From Fonticula alba ATCC 38817 (lineage: Eukaryota; Protista; Nucleariida): a stretch of DNA of 40,640 nt. The notes below the pieces were generated by a model. That model saw nothing but the letters and a program-made list of their open reading frames with translations, searched no databases and was not told where the DNA came from. The stretch is from NCBI GenBank assembly GCA_000388065.2, contig KB932208.1; one strand, given 5' to 3'. A program made the position numbers and the translations under genes. Below, piece after piece: positions 10,785 through 21,406 of this stretch; the stretch's first letter is position 1; the number at the start of each line of letters is the position of its first letter.

Positions 10785-12677
10785 TCAGCAGCTCCGGTAC
10801 TCGACATAGAGCGAGGCAGCCAGGCACATGTCCGGCTCGAAGGCGGCAAAGGAGCGCCGGCCAAAGACACTGGAAATGTCCACCGTGACCGAGGGGCCGA
10901 TGATGCCGCCCTCGGCAGCGATGTACGCATCACGCACAATGTCAATGAGGTCGGGAGTGGTCCAAACGGTGCTGGCCTCCCACTCCTCATCCTCGTAGGA
11001 CCAGGCGACGGGCTCGGCCGCGCCGACCGGCGAACCGATGCGCAGCAGGGGAAGCTCATGCTGGTCAGATTCGAGACCCAGGAGCTGGATGTGCGCCGAA
11101 AGCAGATCGCCCGCCGGGATCTCGGCCGGCAGATCGCGGAAGATCAGGCGCACGGACTGGTTCTCTGAGGCGACATGAGCAGGCGAGCCGGCAGGTGGGC
11201 GAGTCGATGGGCAAAATGGGGTCAATGCATGCCGCTGGCGGGCCATCATGGGGCAAATGGGGAAGCTGGGAACTCGAAGGAAAGGGGAAGGCGGAGAAAG
11301 AGGGGAGCCGGAGGAGGAGAGGGAGGCCGGCCCATGCGCACCGTCCACGGTCAGGGCCGCATCGCGAGTGAGGACCCGAGTGCCGGAAGCCCGGTCGAAG
11401 ATGTAGTTGTCCTTCTGGCGCATGACCTGGACCTCAAACTGGCGGGTCCGGCAGAGGTCATCACCGCGGTTGCGAGTCTCAAGCTCCTCCTCGAGGCGGC
11501 TCTGTGGAGCTGGGACACCATGCGGATCCACATGCGAGAAGACCTGGAACTGGTCCCAGATGCGGCCGGCGATGTCCTCGAATTCACAGAAGGCCCGGCG
11601 CGGGTCGCCGTGGATGTTGAAGGTGCAGAAGAGGGCGCCCTCCTGGATGCCATTGTTCGAGGCGCCGACGGCGGCCCACCAGGGGTTGGACACGAGATCC
11701 TCATTCCAGTCACGAACGCCGCGACCGCCGAGGCCACTTACCCAGGCGATCGTGCGCCCGGCGGACAGGTGAATGTCCCGGTCGGTGGAGGCCACGGCAT
11801 ACTTCTCGAAGTTGGACATCAGGTGCGTGCGCGAGTAGGAGTGCTCGTGGCCGGTGTGGATGAGGGCGCCGGCACGGCGGCAGGCATCGTACACCCCGTA
11901 GCCGGTGGTGCTGAGCTTGCCGCCGATCTGGTACATACGCTGGTTCTTGTGCCAGGTGCACAGCTTCCAGGGGTTGGCATATGAGCCGAGGGCCTCCTCG
12001 AGGAACTCTTCGTGGTCACCAAGGCGGCACCCCACGCCAGACATGGCAAAGAGGAAGCCCTATCATAGAGGGGGAGTGGGGAGTGGGGAGTGGGGAGTGG
12101 GGGGGGGGGGGGATTTCAACGTCAGCATGGGAGTGCACCGAGGACTGGGCCGAAAGGGGGAGACGGAGTGGAGACGGGAGGGAGGGGGAAGAAAGCGCCC
12201 CGCGGCCCCCCGAGCAAAGGCACGCACTTCCCAGTTGCAGACGGTCGAGATGCCGGGAACACCCTTGCAGTGGTTGTCGGCGCCGAGGCGGCGCATGCGG
12301 TTGACGATGCCCTTCTCGTAGCCGGACCAACGAAGCTGGTCGTGGTTGCCGATGACCGCAAAGTAGGGGTAGTACTCGCCGAGCTCGCGATCGATGAACT
12401 GCTCCCACGATTCGGGATCATTGTCATAGTCGAAGTCACCGGCGTGGATGGCGAAGTCCGCGCCGCGGCGCTTGATCAGATCGAACACCAGGACCGATTC
12501 ATTGCGCATGGCAACGTCACCGAGCAGGGCAATGGTCAGGTTGGCCTTCATGGGGCTGGGCCAAGAGGGCTCGCCGGTGAAGACCGGCGCGTCGGCCGAG
12601 CGCTGACAGGCCGGGCCCAGCGCCAGGGCCGGGCCCAGAAGGGCGGCGATCAGCGCCACGATCAGGAAGTGCCTCAT
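10785..12677 (-). CDS. Secreted calcineurin-like metallophosphoesterase with an extra C-terminal domain, 515 aa, 3 exons: 12677-12228, 12059-11342, 11164-10785
   Basis: Signal peptide MRHFLIVALIAALLGPALA. The metallophosphoesterase motifs occur in order: LLGD, HAGDFDY, IGNHD, TWHKNQ, TGHEHSYSRTH. Introns GTGCGT...TAG (phase 0) and GTGCGC...CAG (phase 1) join ORFs 12063..12677 and 10785..12044 into one open frame. Confidence 0.88.
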
Positions 12678-14111
12678 CGGGGTAATGCGCTCTTGCCGAG
12701 GAGGGGGACGGGAGCCGGGGAGTCGGGGGGTGGGGCGGGGGGGGGGGAGGAGACGCGGGACCGGGAGGCAGAGAGGAGGCCCGGAGGAGAGGGCGAGGGT
12801 GTTGAGGAGGGAGAGGGGGGGGGATAATGGCAGGACGCAGGGTCGGGTGGCCGACAGTTCGGCCTCATGGGCTTGCGAGCGGGTCCGTTTTTTGGCTCGA
12901 AAGCCGATGTAAAGAGATCCCCCCTCTCATTGGGGGAGGAGAGTCTGGGCCGAGTCCACCGTAGACGGCCGTGCGCCCGGCTGGCCAAGGATGGTCAGAA
13001 ACCGGGTGCCCCGCTCAACACACGCTTGGGCGAACATCTGGGATCTATTCGGGGCGGTGGTGGTGGGGGGGGGGGGGGGGGGGGGGCACTTTGCCGGAGG
13101 CCGGGCCCGGGGCCCGGGGACACGTCGAACAGCCGATCATAACAATCGCGCATATGGCGTGTGTCGTCGGCGTGGGCTCTTGGGCCAACGCCCCCCGCGC
13201 CCCCGAGGGGGACCACTCTTCGGGTCGCTGCGCAGGGCGCTGTCGCCGGACCGCGCGCGCACAAGCCCTTGGGGCCCCGGGTCGGAAGGGGTCTTGGGCC
13301 TCGCGTCCGGACCGAGTCATGGGACATAACCGATCTCCCCGGGTTCGGGGGCATATTTTTCGGCGGGCCCGATCATGGTGGTGTCTTCGGGTCGGGGGAT
13401 CGGGAGGCGTATACGGGGGATCGGGCTGTGTGTGTGTGTGTCTGCCTTGGTGCGCGTTTGGGGGCCTTGCAGCCCATGCTAGCCCGGACGACGGTGTGCT
13501 CTCCCCACGAAACATGGCCGCAAGTGCAGTGTGTCGCCTATGCCCGAGCCGCTCGGCCCGTCTCGGCCGATAGGCCGACCGAGGGGGCGAACCAGGGTGC
13601 GGCTTTCTGCCCGGTCGGCGCGTGGGGCCCGGGCAGGGAGCGCAGCACGAAGCCGCACACGAGGGCCGTGAGGTGCATATCCCCTCTGGAATGAGGCAAT
13701 ATCTCCACGCCGTGTCGGTCCATTTTCCATCTGCACCCCATGCCCCCAATCGCAGCGGGTGTGGGGTGGGCCCCCGCCGCCGACCGGCGGTGGCAGGGGC
13801 GGGGGGGGGGCGGCACCACTGAGAAGGGGCCCCCAGCAACAACACACCGGTCGAAGGGCCGGCAAAGAATGCCACACGGGCGGGGAGCCCCCGTCGCCCC
13901 ATGGGAGGGCCCCCACCCATCGTCAGGTCCACCCGGACCGGAGCCTTCAAAAGTGACAGCCGGGTTGGGCGCTCGCGTGTGAGACGCCGGCATCTGATCC
14001 GGCGATGCTGATCACGAGAGGCGTCACACGATATGCAGGAGGGTGGCCTCGGCGGGCAGGGTCGGTTCGATGTTGGCCGCTCTGGTGGGAATCTGTGCCC
14101 GGTGGGGTCCG

Positions 14112-14144
<33 letters not shown>

Positions 14145-14757
14145 AGAGCGCGAGTGTGTATCTGTGTGTGCGGCTTTTTTTTCCGTCTGTTCCCGCTTGT
14201 CTGCCTGCCTGCCTGCCTCACCGGGTCGCGGGCTGCCGCTTGCATGCTGGCTTGCAGCCGGCTTGGGCCCTCGGGCTTGCCGACACACGCCGCGGCCAGA
14301 CCTGGCAGGAATGATTGGAGGAATGTCGTGACTGGCGGCTGGGTGCGGGAGGCCTGGAGCTCGAGCGGGAGGCCGGACCTCCCGGGGGTGTCCCAGTCCG
14401 GGCCCTAGTCCGAGGGCACCGGCGCACAGCCCCCCCGGTATTCCCCCAGTTGGCCGGGCGGCTCCCCGCGGGCGGGGTGGCCTCCGCCGAGGAGGGGGGG
14501 GGGGGGGGGGGCAACGTCCGCTCTACCCTCCTGGCGGCTGGGGGATGCTATCACGAAGGGATCAGTACCACCCAACCACCCCAGGGGGGGGGGGTGCCTC
14601 AGATCGGGTCCGAAGGGACACCAACAGAGAAGTGCCCCTCCCCCGGGGGGGGGGAGGACGCCCCCCCCTCTCACCCTCGGGCTGATAAGGTATGTTTAGA
14701 GCCGGCCGCTGTCGACAGGGATTTCCTATCAGCCCGACCCGATCGCGCCCTGTTAAC

Positions 14758-15421
14758 NNNNNNNNNNNNNNNNNNNNNNNNNNNNNNNNNNNNNNNNNNN
14801 NNNNNNNNNNNNNNNNNNNNNNNNNNNNNNNNNNNNNNNNNNNNNNNNNNNNNNNNNNNNNNNNNNNNNNNNNNNNNNNNNNNNNNNNNNNNNNNNNNNN
14901 NNNNNNNNNNNNNNNNNNNNNNNNNNNNNNNNNNNNNNNNNNNNNNNNNNNNNNNNNNNNNNNNNNNNNNNNNNNNNNNNNNNNNNNNNNNNNNNNNNNN
15001 NNNNNNNNNNNNNNNNNNNNNNNNNNNNNNNNNNNNNNNNNNNNNNNNNNNNNNNNNNNNNNNNNNNNNNNNNNNNNNNNNNNNNNNNNNNNNNNNNNNN
15101 NNNNNNNNNNNNNNNNNNNNNNNNNNNNNNNNNNNNNNNNNNNNNNNNNNNNNNNNNNNNNNNNNNNNNNNNNNNNNNNNNNNNNNNNNNNNNNNNNNNN
15201 NNNNNNNNNNNNNNNNNNNNNNNNNNNNNNNNNNNNNNNNNNNNNNNNNNNNNNNNNNNNNNNNNNNNNNNNNNNNNNNNNNNNNNNNNNNNNNNNNNNN
15301 NNNNNNNNNNNNNNNNNNNNNNNNNNNNNNNNNNNNNNNNNNNNNNNNNNNNNNNNNNNNNNNNNNNNNNNNNNNNNNNNNNNNNNNNNNNNNNNNNNNN
15401 NNNNNNNNNNNNNNNNNNNNN
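14758..15421. other. Assembly gap (664 N)
   Basis: Run of N. Confidence 1.
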
Positions 15422-16187
15422 GTTTCCCGTTTAACACACAGCCGGACCGGGCCCGGCCGGGCCGGGGCGAAGGCGCCCGGCACTCCCTGCGCCCCGTAAG
15501 TCCTCCCGGCCCCGGGGGGTGGCGGCTGCGGCCGTGGCCAGCCCAGGGCCAGGGCATCTGTTCTATCCCCCTCCATGTGTGTGTGTGTGGTGCTCCTCGC
15601 CAGGGGAGCCCCCCTCCCTGGCCTGAGTTCCGGCCAGCCGGCGCCCTGGATGAGAGCCGCGGGGAGGGCGGGGGGGGAGGGGGGGGGCCGTTCGGTGGCT
15701 TGCGCCTTTCAGTAAGGCCGTCCCCCTCCGCTGTATCGCCGCCCTCCGCGCGGGGCGTCGGCCCAGGCGGCGCCCGTGTGCTGCTCCGGGGCCAGGACCA
15801 ATATCCCGAGGGGTGGAGACATTGCCACCCGCGCCTGGACGCGCGTTCGTACTCGCGACCGAGGCCGGCCTGGGCATTTCTAGCACCCGAGGTCGGGGGC
15901 GTGTGGCCTTACCGAGCGAAAGGAGAGGCTCCCCAGGCCTCCCCAGTGCTTCGAGGGTGCCCCTCCGGCCTTGACACACACACACACACATACGGCCCCT
16001 TCCCCAAGCGGGGGGTCTATTCCCCGCCTATGTTGGGCTCCCCCGGTGGCCAGTCCGCTTCCCCGCCACCGCCGCCGTGGCAGGAGTTGGCCTGTCGGGA
16101 CCCTTCCCTCGTGCCGTGATATTTCCCCGGCGCGGGGAGGGGTGTGCGGCGTGTCACCTCCGTTTCGACTGGCCTGGTCGGTTGAGT

Positions 16188-16188
<1 letters not shown>

Positions 16189-16223
<35 letters not shown>

Positions 16224-16226
16224 AAA

Positions 16227-16309
<83 letters not shown>
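16189..16309 (+). repeat. Poly-C tracts (C34 and C81 separated by GAAATG); lengths unreliable
   Basis: Read directly. Flanked by a degraded duplicate of 16081-16200 at 16311-16430. Confidence 0.85.
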
Positions 16310-16310
<1 letters not shown>

Positions 16311-17247
16311 CGGGGTGGTGCCCGTGGGGCCCCTCCCCCCCGCCGTGGAATTTTCCCCCCGGGGGGGGGGGGGGGGGGGGGTGCCCCCCCCCTTTTCACT
16401 GGCCTGGTCGGTTGAGTTCCCCCCCCCCCCCCCCCGCCCCCTGCCCCGAGCGTGCGCCGGCTGCCGGCCCGGCCGGGCGCTTCGCCGGGCCCCACATCGA
16501 GGCCGTCTTTCGCGACCGCCGCGCCCTCTTCTTTTGTTAACCTTTTATTGCTTGTATTGTGTGGCTTGGGTGCCTTTGCCAGGGCAAGGTGGCTGCCAGG
16601 TCCGGGGGGGGGGGGGGGCGGGCGGGCAGGACGGCAAGTGGGGGGCCGCTCGCTTCCGCCCGAATGCGCCTGGCGCGCTGGCGGGTGTTTCTTCGTGAAG
16701 GGACCCCGGCTCAACAATGACACCTTGAGGGGGCACTTGAGTGAGAGCCCCAGCCAGACAGGGAAGTTGTTGTGAGCGGGGTTCTTTTTTTCTCGCCCCC
16801 CCCCCCCACTCTGGGTGTGCCGCCCCCCGTGGTGGCTGTTGTCGGCGTCCCGAATTTGTACACACCGGCCGGCGCCTGCGCGCGAGGGTGCGAACGGCCG
16901 GGTCCTCGGGGCCAGGGCATGCGCGCCCATGCGCTTGTCGGGCGGCGGGGGGGGGGCAGAGGGGTAAAGCTCCCCCCACTTGGGTCCCCCGTCTGCGTGT
17001 GTGTGTGTGTGTGTGTGCGTGTGCCAGGCGGTGCGCGCCTTTTCCTCGGGCGGTCTTCTGTTCTGGCCCCACCCCTGGGGCCCCGCTCGTTTTCGTTAGC
17101 CGGGGCCAAGCTCCGAAAGGAGCGCCGGGTCCCGCGGACATGGTATTCTTGCCCGAAGGGAGCCGCGCCCGTGTCCTGGATGCCTGCATGTGTGTCTGTA
17201 AGTCTGTTTGTAGGCAGGTGTGAATGCCTGCATATATGCCTATGTGC

Positions 17248-17250
<3 letters not shown>

Positions 17251-17300
<50 letters not shown>
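17251..17300 (+). repeat. (TG)25 microsatellite
   Basis: Read directly. Confidence 0.97.
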
Positions 17301-17301
<1 letters not shown>

Positions 17302-18195
17302 ATGTCTGCATGTGTGCGGGCGCATACGTCTGCTTCATGCTTCCCACCTCTACACTCCGCCCTGGAGGCCCCCCCCCCCCACCTGTGCGGGGCCAGTGTT
17401 TTTTTCAGCCCCCACCCTGGTCCACCGGCTTGCAGGCTCTGCAATGACTCTGTGTGGCCTCGCTTCCTCCTCTGTTATCTGTCCGCCCCGCCCCTCCCCT
17501 CCCTCTCCTCGCCCCCCACCCCCTTGCCTCTTCCCTTGTGAACTGGTATCGTCCCTCGCTCGCTCCCTTTCGCGCTCGCTCCCCTTCTCGCCCCCCCTCC
17601 CTTCTCGCTTTCTCCTCCCTTCCAGACGCGGGTTCTGCGTCGGTCCTTCCCGCCCCCGTATCCTCTCTCTCTCTCTCTCCCCGACGAGCAGGGGAAGGGG
17701 GCAGGGGGGCCTGCCTCGCCTTCACTCAGGGAGATACCCCCGCGCCCCCTCCTTCTCCCGGTACGCCTTTCCCCTCTTCACCTTGCGCCGCTGCTCCCGA
17801 CCATGCTTCCTTTGTGGGTCGGTGCGATGTGTGCTCGCTTGCGCCCCCCCCCCTTTCCCATATTCCCCCCCTCGCCGCTCCCCCCCTCCTCGCAGTATCT
17901 GCACCTTGAGAGCCTCCCCCCCCTCACAGACAGGAGATTGCATCTGTGCATGTGTGGCCGGCCTGGCAGAGGTGTTCTCGCAGTGCATTTTCTGGCTTTT
18001 CGCCTCCTCCTCCTCCTTCCCCCCCATTTGTGACCCTCGTCCACTTTTTTACTGACTCCTCCCTCGCAACACAGCCCTTCTCCCCCCCTCCCCTTCCCCG
18101 ACCAAGAGATCGCCCACTTCCTCCCTGTCCCGCCCTTCCGATCCGCCTCTTCCCCCTCCCTGCTGACGCCCGCCCTCCGGCCCTGTTTCCCCCCC

Positions 18196-18681
18196 CCCTC
18201 TCTCTCTCTTTCTCCCTCCCTCCCTCCCTGCAGCCCCCACCACTTGCAGCCATGAACTCCGAGTAGTGCGTTGTCCTTGCCCCTTCGCTGGTCTCCCCGT
18301 CGCACGCACCCGTCTCTCCCTCTCTCTCTCCTCGCCCGCTGACCCATGCCCCGTTGTTCAAACCACTTGCCACTCTCTTGCATCCCTGCTGTGCCCCTCC
18401 CTCCCGCGCGCGGCCCCCTCCACAGCGACACGACGCTCTTCCGATCTCCCTCTCTCTCTCTTTCTCCCTCCCTCCCTCCCTGCAGCCCCCACCACTTGCA
18501 GCCATGAACTCCGAGTAGTGCGTTGTCCTTGCCCCTTCGCTGGTCTCCCCGTCGCACGCACCCGTCTCTCCCTCTCTCTCTCCTCGCCCGCTGACCCATG
18601 CCCCGTTGTTCAAACCACTTGCCACTCTCTTGCATCCCTGCTGTGCCCCTCCCTCCCGCGCGCGGCCCCCTCCACAGCGAC
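18196..18681 (+). repeat. Artefactual direct duplication (18196-18429 / 18448-18681) of Rab1 5'UTR, exon 1 and intron 1
   Basis: Two 234-nt copies offset by 252 nt and joined by Illumina adapter sequence. Confidence 0.92.
18428..18447 (+). other. Illumina TruSeq read-1 adapter remnant ACACGACGCTCTTCCGATCT
   Basis: Exact 20-nt match to the 3' end of the universal adapter (…CCCTACACGACGCTCTTCCGATCT), located at the duplication junction. Confidence 0.97.
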
Positions 18682-19867
18682 TACCTTTTCAAGCTCCTCC
18701 TCATCGGTGACTCCGGTGTCGGCAAGTCTTGCCTGCTCCTGCGTTTCGCCGACGACACCTACACCGAGTCCTACATCTCCACCATTGGTGTCGACTTCAA
18801 GATCCGCACCATCGAGCTCGACGGCCGCACCATCAAGCTCCAGATCTGGGATACCGCCGGTCAGGACCGCTTCCGCACCATCACCTCCTCTTACTACCGC
18901 GGTGCCCACGGCATCATTGTCGTCTACGATGTCACCGACCAGGAGACCTTCACCAACGTCCGCGGCTGGCTGCAGGAGATCGACCGCTTCGCCTCCGACT
19001 CCGTCAACAAGCTGCTGGTCGGCAACAAGGCTGATCTCGTCTCCAAGAAGGTCGTCGACTTCGCCGCGGCCAAGGTCCGTCTCTCCCCCTCTCCCCCCTT
19101 GTTGTGCATATGCATGTACACACGGGCTGCCTCTCGCACACTTTCGTGCAGTCCTCTCTCCCCCTCGCCCCTTGCATTCGCCTTTCTCTTCCTCCACTCT
19201 CCCCTCGCACCCACCCCCCCCCCCCGGGCAGGGCCCCGACGGGGGGAGGGGCGGAGGGAGGGTGGCCGTGTGCCGTGCCATCCTCCCGGCGCCACATGCC
19301 GCCGGTGCTGGCGCTCCGGCTTTCCCCCTCGTCTCTCGACTTTTTGCGCGCACCAGCACACCGCCCTTTTTCCACCCAGCGCTCCCCTGCCCTTGCCTCC
19401 ATGTGTGTGCGTGTGTGTGTGTGTGGCCCTGTGATACTCACACACAGAGAATGCCTCTCTCTCCCCCTCCCCTCCGCGCTCTGTCTTCATTTCACAGGAG
19501 TTCGCCGACAGCGTCAACATCCCCCTGATCGAGACCTCCGCGAAGACCTCCACCAACGTTGATGAGGCTTTCGTCAACATGGCCGAGCTCATCAAGCGCC
19601 GGTTCGTCCCCCCCCCCCAGTAATCTCCCCTTCTTCCTTCCTTGGCTTTCCCGCCCCCCTCTCCCCACCGCTGCCATCTCACGCAGCACGTCTCGTTGCC
19701 TCCCCCCCCCTGCTGCTCTGACCCGCCCCCCTTGCTCGTCCCCCCTTCTCCTCTTCGCCACACCCAGCACCGGCCCCCCCAACGTCGAGGCCACCAACTC
19801 CGGCGCCGGCAAGGTCAACATCAAGCCGGAGCCGATCCCCGCCCCCCGCTCTGGTGGCTGCTGCTAA
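18504..19867 (+). CDS. RAB1: Rab1/Ypt1 small GTPase, 204 aa, 4 exons: 18504-18517 (duplicate copy 18252-18265), 18678-19074, 19498-19601, 19768-19867
   Basis: [85 protein letters not shown]...GNKADL...ETSAK...GGCC*. It has the RabF motifs and a C-terminal CC prenylation site. GT-AG introns with phases 2,0,2. Confidence 0.97.
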
Positions 19868-19900
19868 GCACGCACGCTCCCACCGACTGTGTGTCTTTGC

Positions 19901-19906
19901 AATAAA
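19901..19906 (+). terminator. Putative polyadenylation signal AATAAA of Rab1
   Basis: 34 nt after the stop codon; AATAAA is very rare in this GC-rich window. Confidence 0.65.
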
Positions 19907-21406
19907 CGCCCCAGAATATATGTGTCATCCTCTCTTCTCTCCTCCCCCTTCCCACGCTCTGGGGGTGCCCACCGCAGGGGCCCACACACGCCCCGCCCCC
20001 CCCTGTGCCCGAGCGCGTCCCCCCCCCCTCCTTCCCCTCCTGTGGCTCCGTGGTCATAGCCGGAGAGGGGGATCAGGCTGTGTCGGGCCCCAAGGAGGGC
20101 CGGGGAGCGGGGCAGGCGAGAGGGGACCGTCAGTCGACAACAGTATTGTCTACACACACACACACTCACGCATTGGAATGCTTGCACATGCATGTTGGCG
20201 TGCTCCCCCCCTCCCCCCCTCCCTGGCCACATGGGTTCTCCGGTGTTCTGGAGGCTGTATCTACCTGGGCCTTTTGCTTACCCCCTTGCCTGGCCCGATC
20301 CTCCAGGCGATCCCCCCCCTCGTGGAAGGACACTCCTTCTCACCTTGCTTGTTGCATCTCACAGCCCTATCTCTCTTTCTCCCTCCCTTCCTTCCTTCCC
20401 GCCCTGTAAAAAAAATAAGAAAAGCCAAAAACAAACAATACATCCTCTCTTCTCGCACCCCGCCCTCCTCCCCCGTTCCCCTTGCATCCCGCGCCCCATC
20501 TGCATGTTGGCATCGAGGCGCCGAGGGGGGATATCCACCCCACCGCTCAGTTGCGGGGCTCCGCCCTGTGAAGTGGTCACACAGGTTTTCTCGCCTCCTG
20601 ACCCCTCCTCGCGCGCCTCGGATCATCATGCGTCTCACCCATGAGGCGAGAAGGGGAGCGAACAGGCCCGACTATTGAGACATGCTGGGAGGGCACGAGA
20701 GAGGCAGGGGGGCAGAGAGAGAGGCAGAAAAGGAGAGGGGGAAGGAGAGCTTTCTCCTCCGTCTACTGCAATCCACCCGGAGACCCGAAACGGATGGCAC
20801 TCCAAGCCGGGCCCGAGCACAGGCTGGGGGGGGGGGGGGATGAAAAAAAAGAAGAGCCAAGTGTGCACTGGAGCCCTTTTTTTTTCTGCCCTTTTCGGCG
20901 AACCAGGGCGCCAACAAACGACAACACACCCCGGCAGCAGTAGCTTTTTGACCAACCCTGCGCCAGGCAGATCGCCGAACGGCAATAGCCCAGATTCTGG
21001 TGGCCGGTCAATGGCCAGCTGCCACCGCTCGGGGCACGCGCGAGCGGCTCCGCCCCGGTGTGCTGCCCGAGGCCCCGCCCCCCGGCCGTACTCTCTCTCT
21101 CTCTCCCTCTCTCGCCCCCTGTCTCTTGCGCCCAGACACAGCCCCGGGCCGGGCCGTTGCCTGGCCAGACTTTTTCCTGTTGCGCCAGGGCGGGATCGGC
21201 CTCGCGGGCGGGTCGATCTTTTTCCGCCACTACGGGCCCCGGTCCCCGGTGTCCGAGGCACCAGCACCCCGGCTTCCCCTGCCTCTCCCCGTGCCCTCCC
21301 TCTCCTCCCTCCCTCCCCCCCCCCCACACACACATCTCGCGTTTTCGCCAGGCCGCACCCGCTCTTGTCCCTCTGCCCGCTCGCTGCCCGTCCCCCGCCA
21401 GACACC

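Noticed and set aside
14064-14070. GGTTCGA T-loop/B-box-like motif
   Set aside because: No acceptor, D or anticodon stems form around it and the T-stem pairing is poor. No tRNA is called.
16081-16430. Tandem duplication with 230-nt offset ending in identical ACTGGCCTGGTCGGTTGAGTTCCCC
   Set aside because: The second copy (16311-16430) is a homopolymer-smeared version of the first, directly after an 81-nt C run. This is the pattern of low-quality read tails used in gap filling, not a biological repeat.
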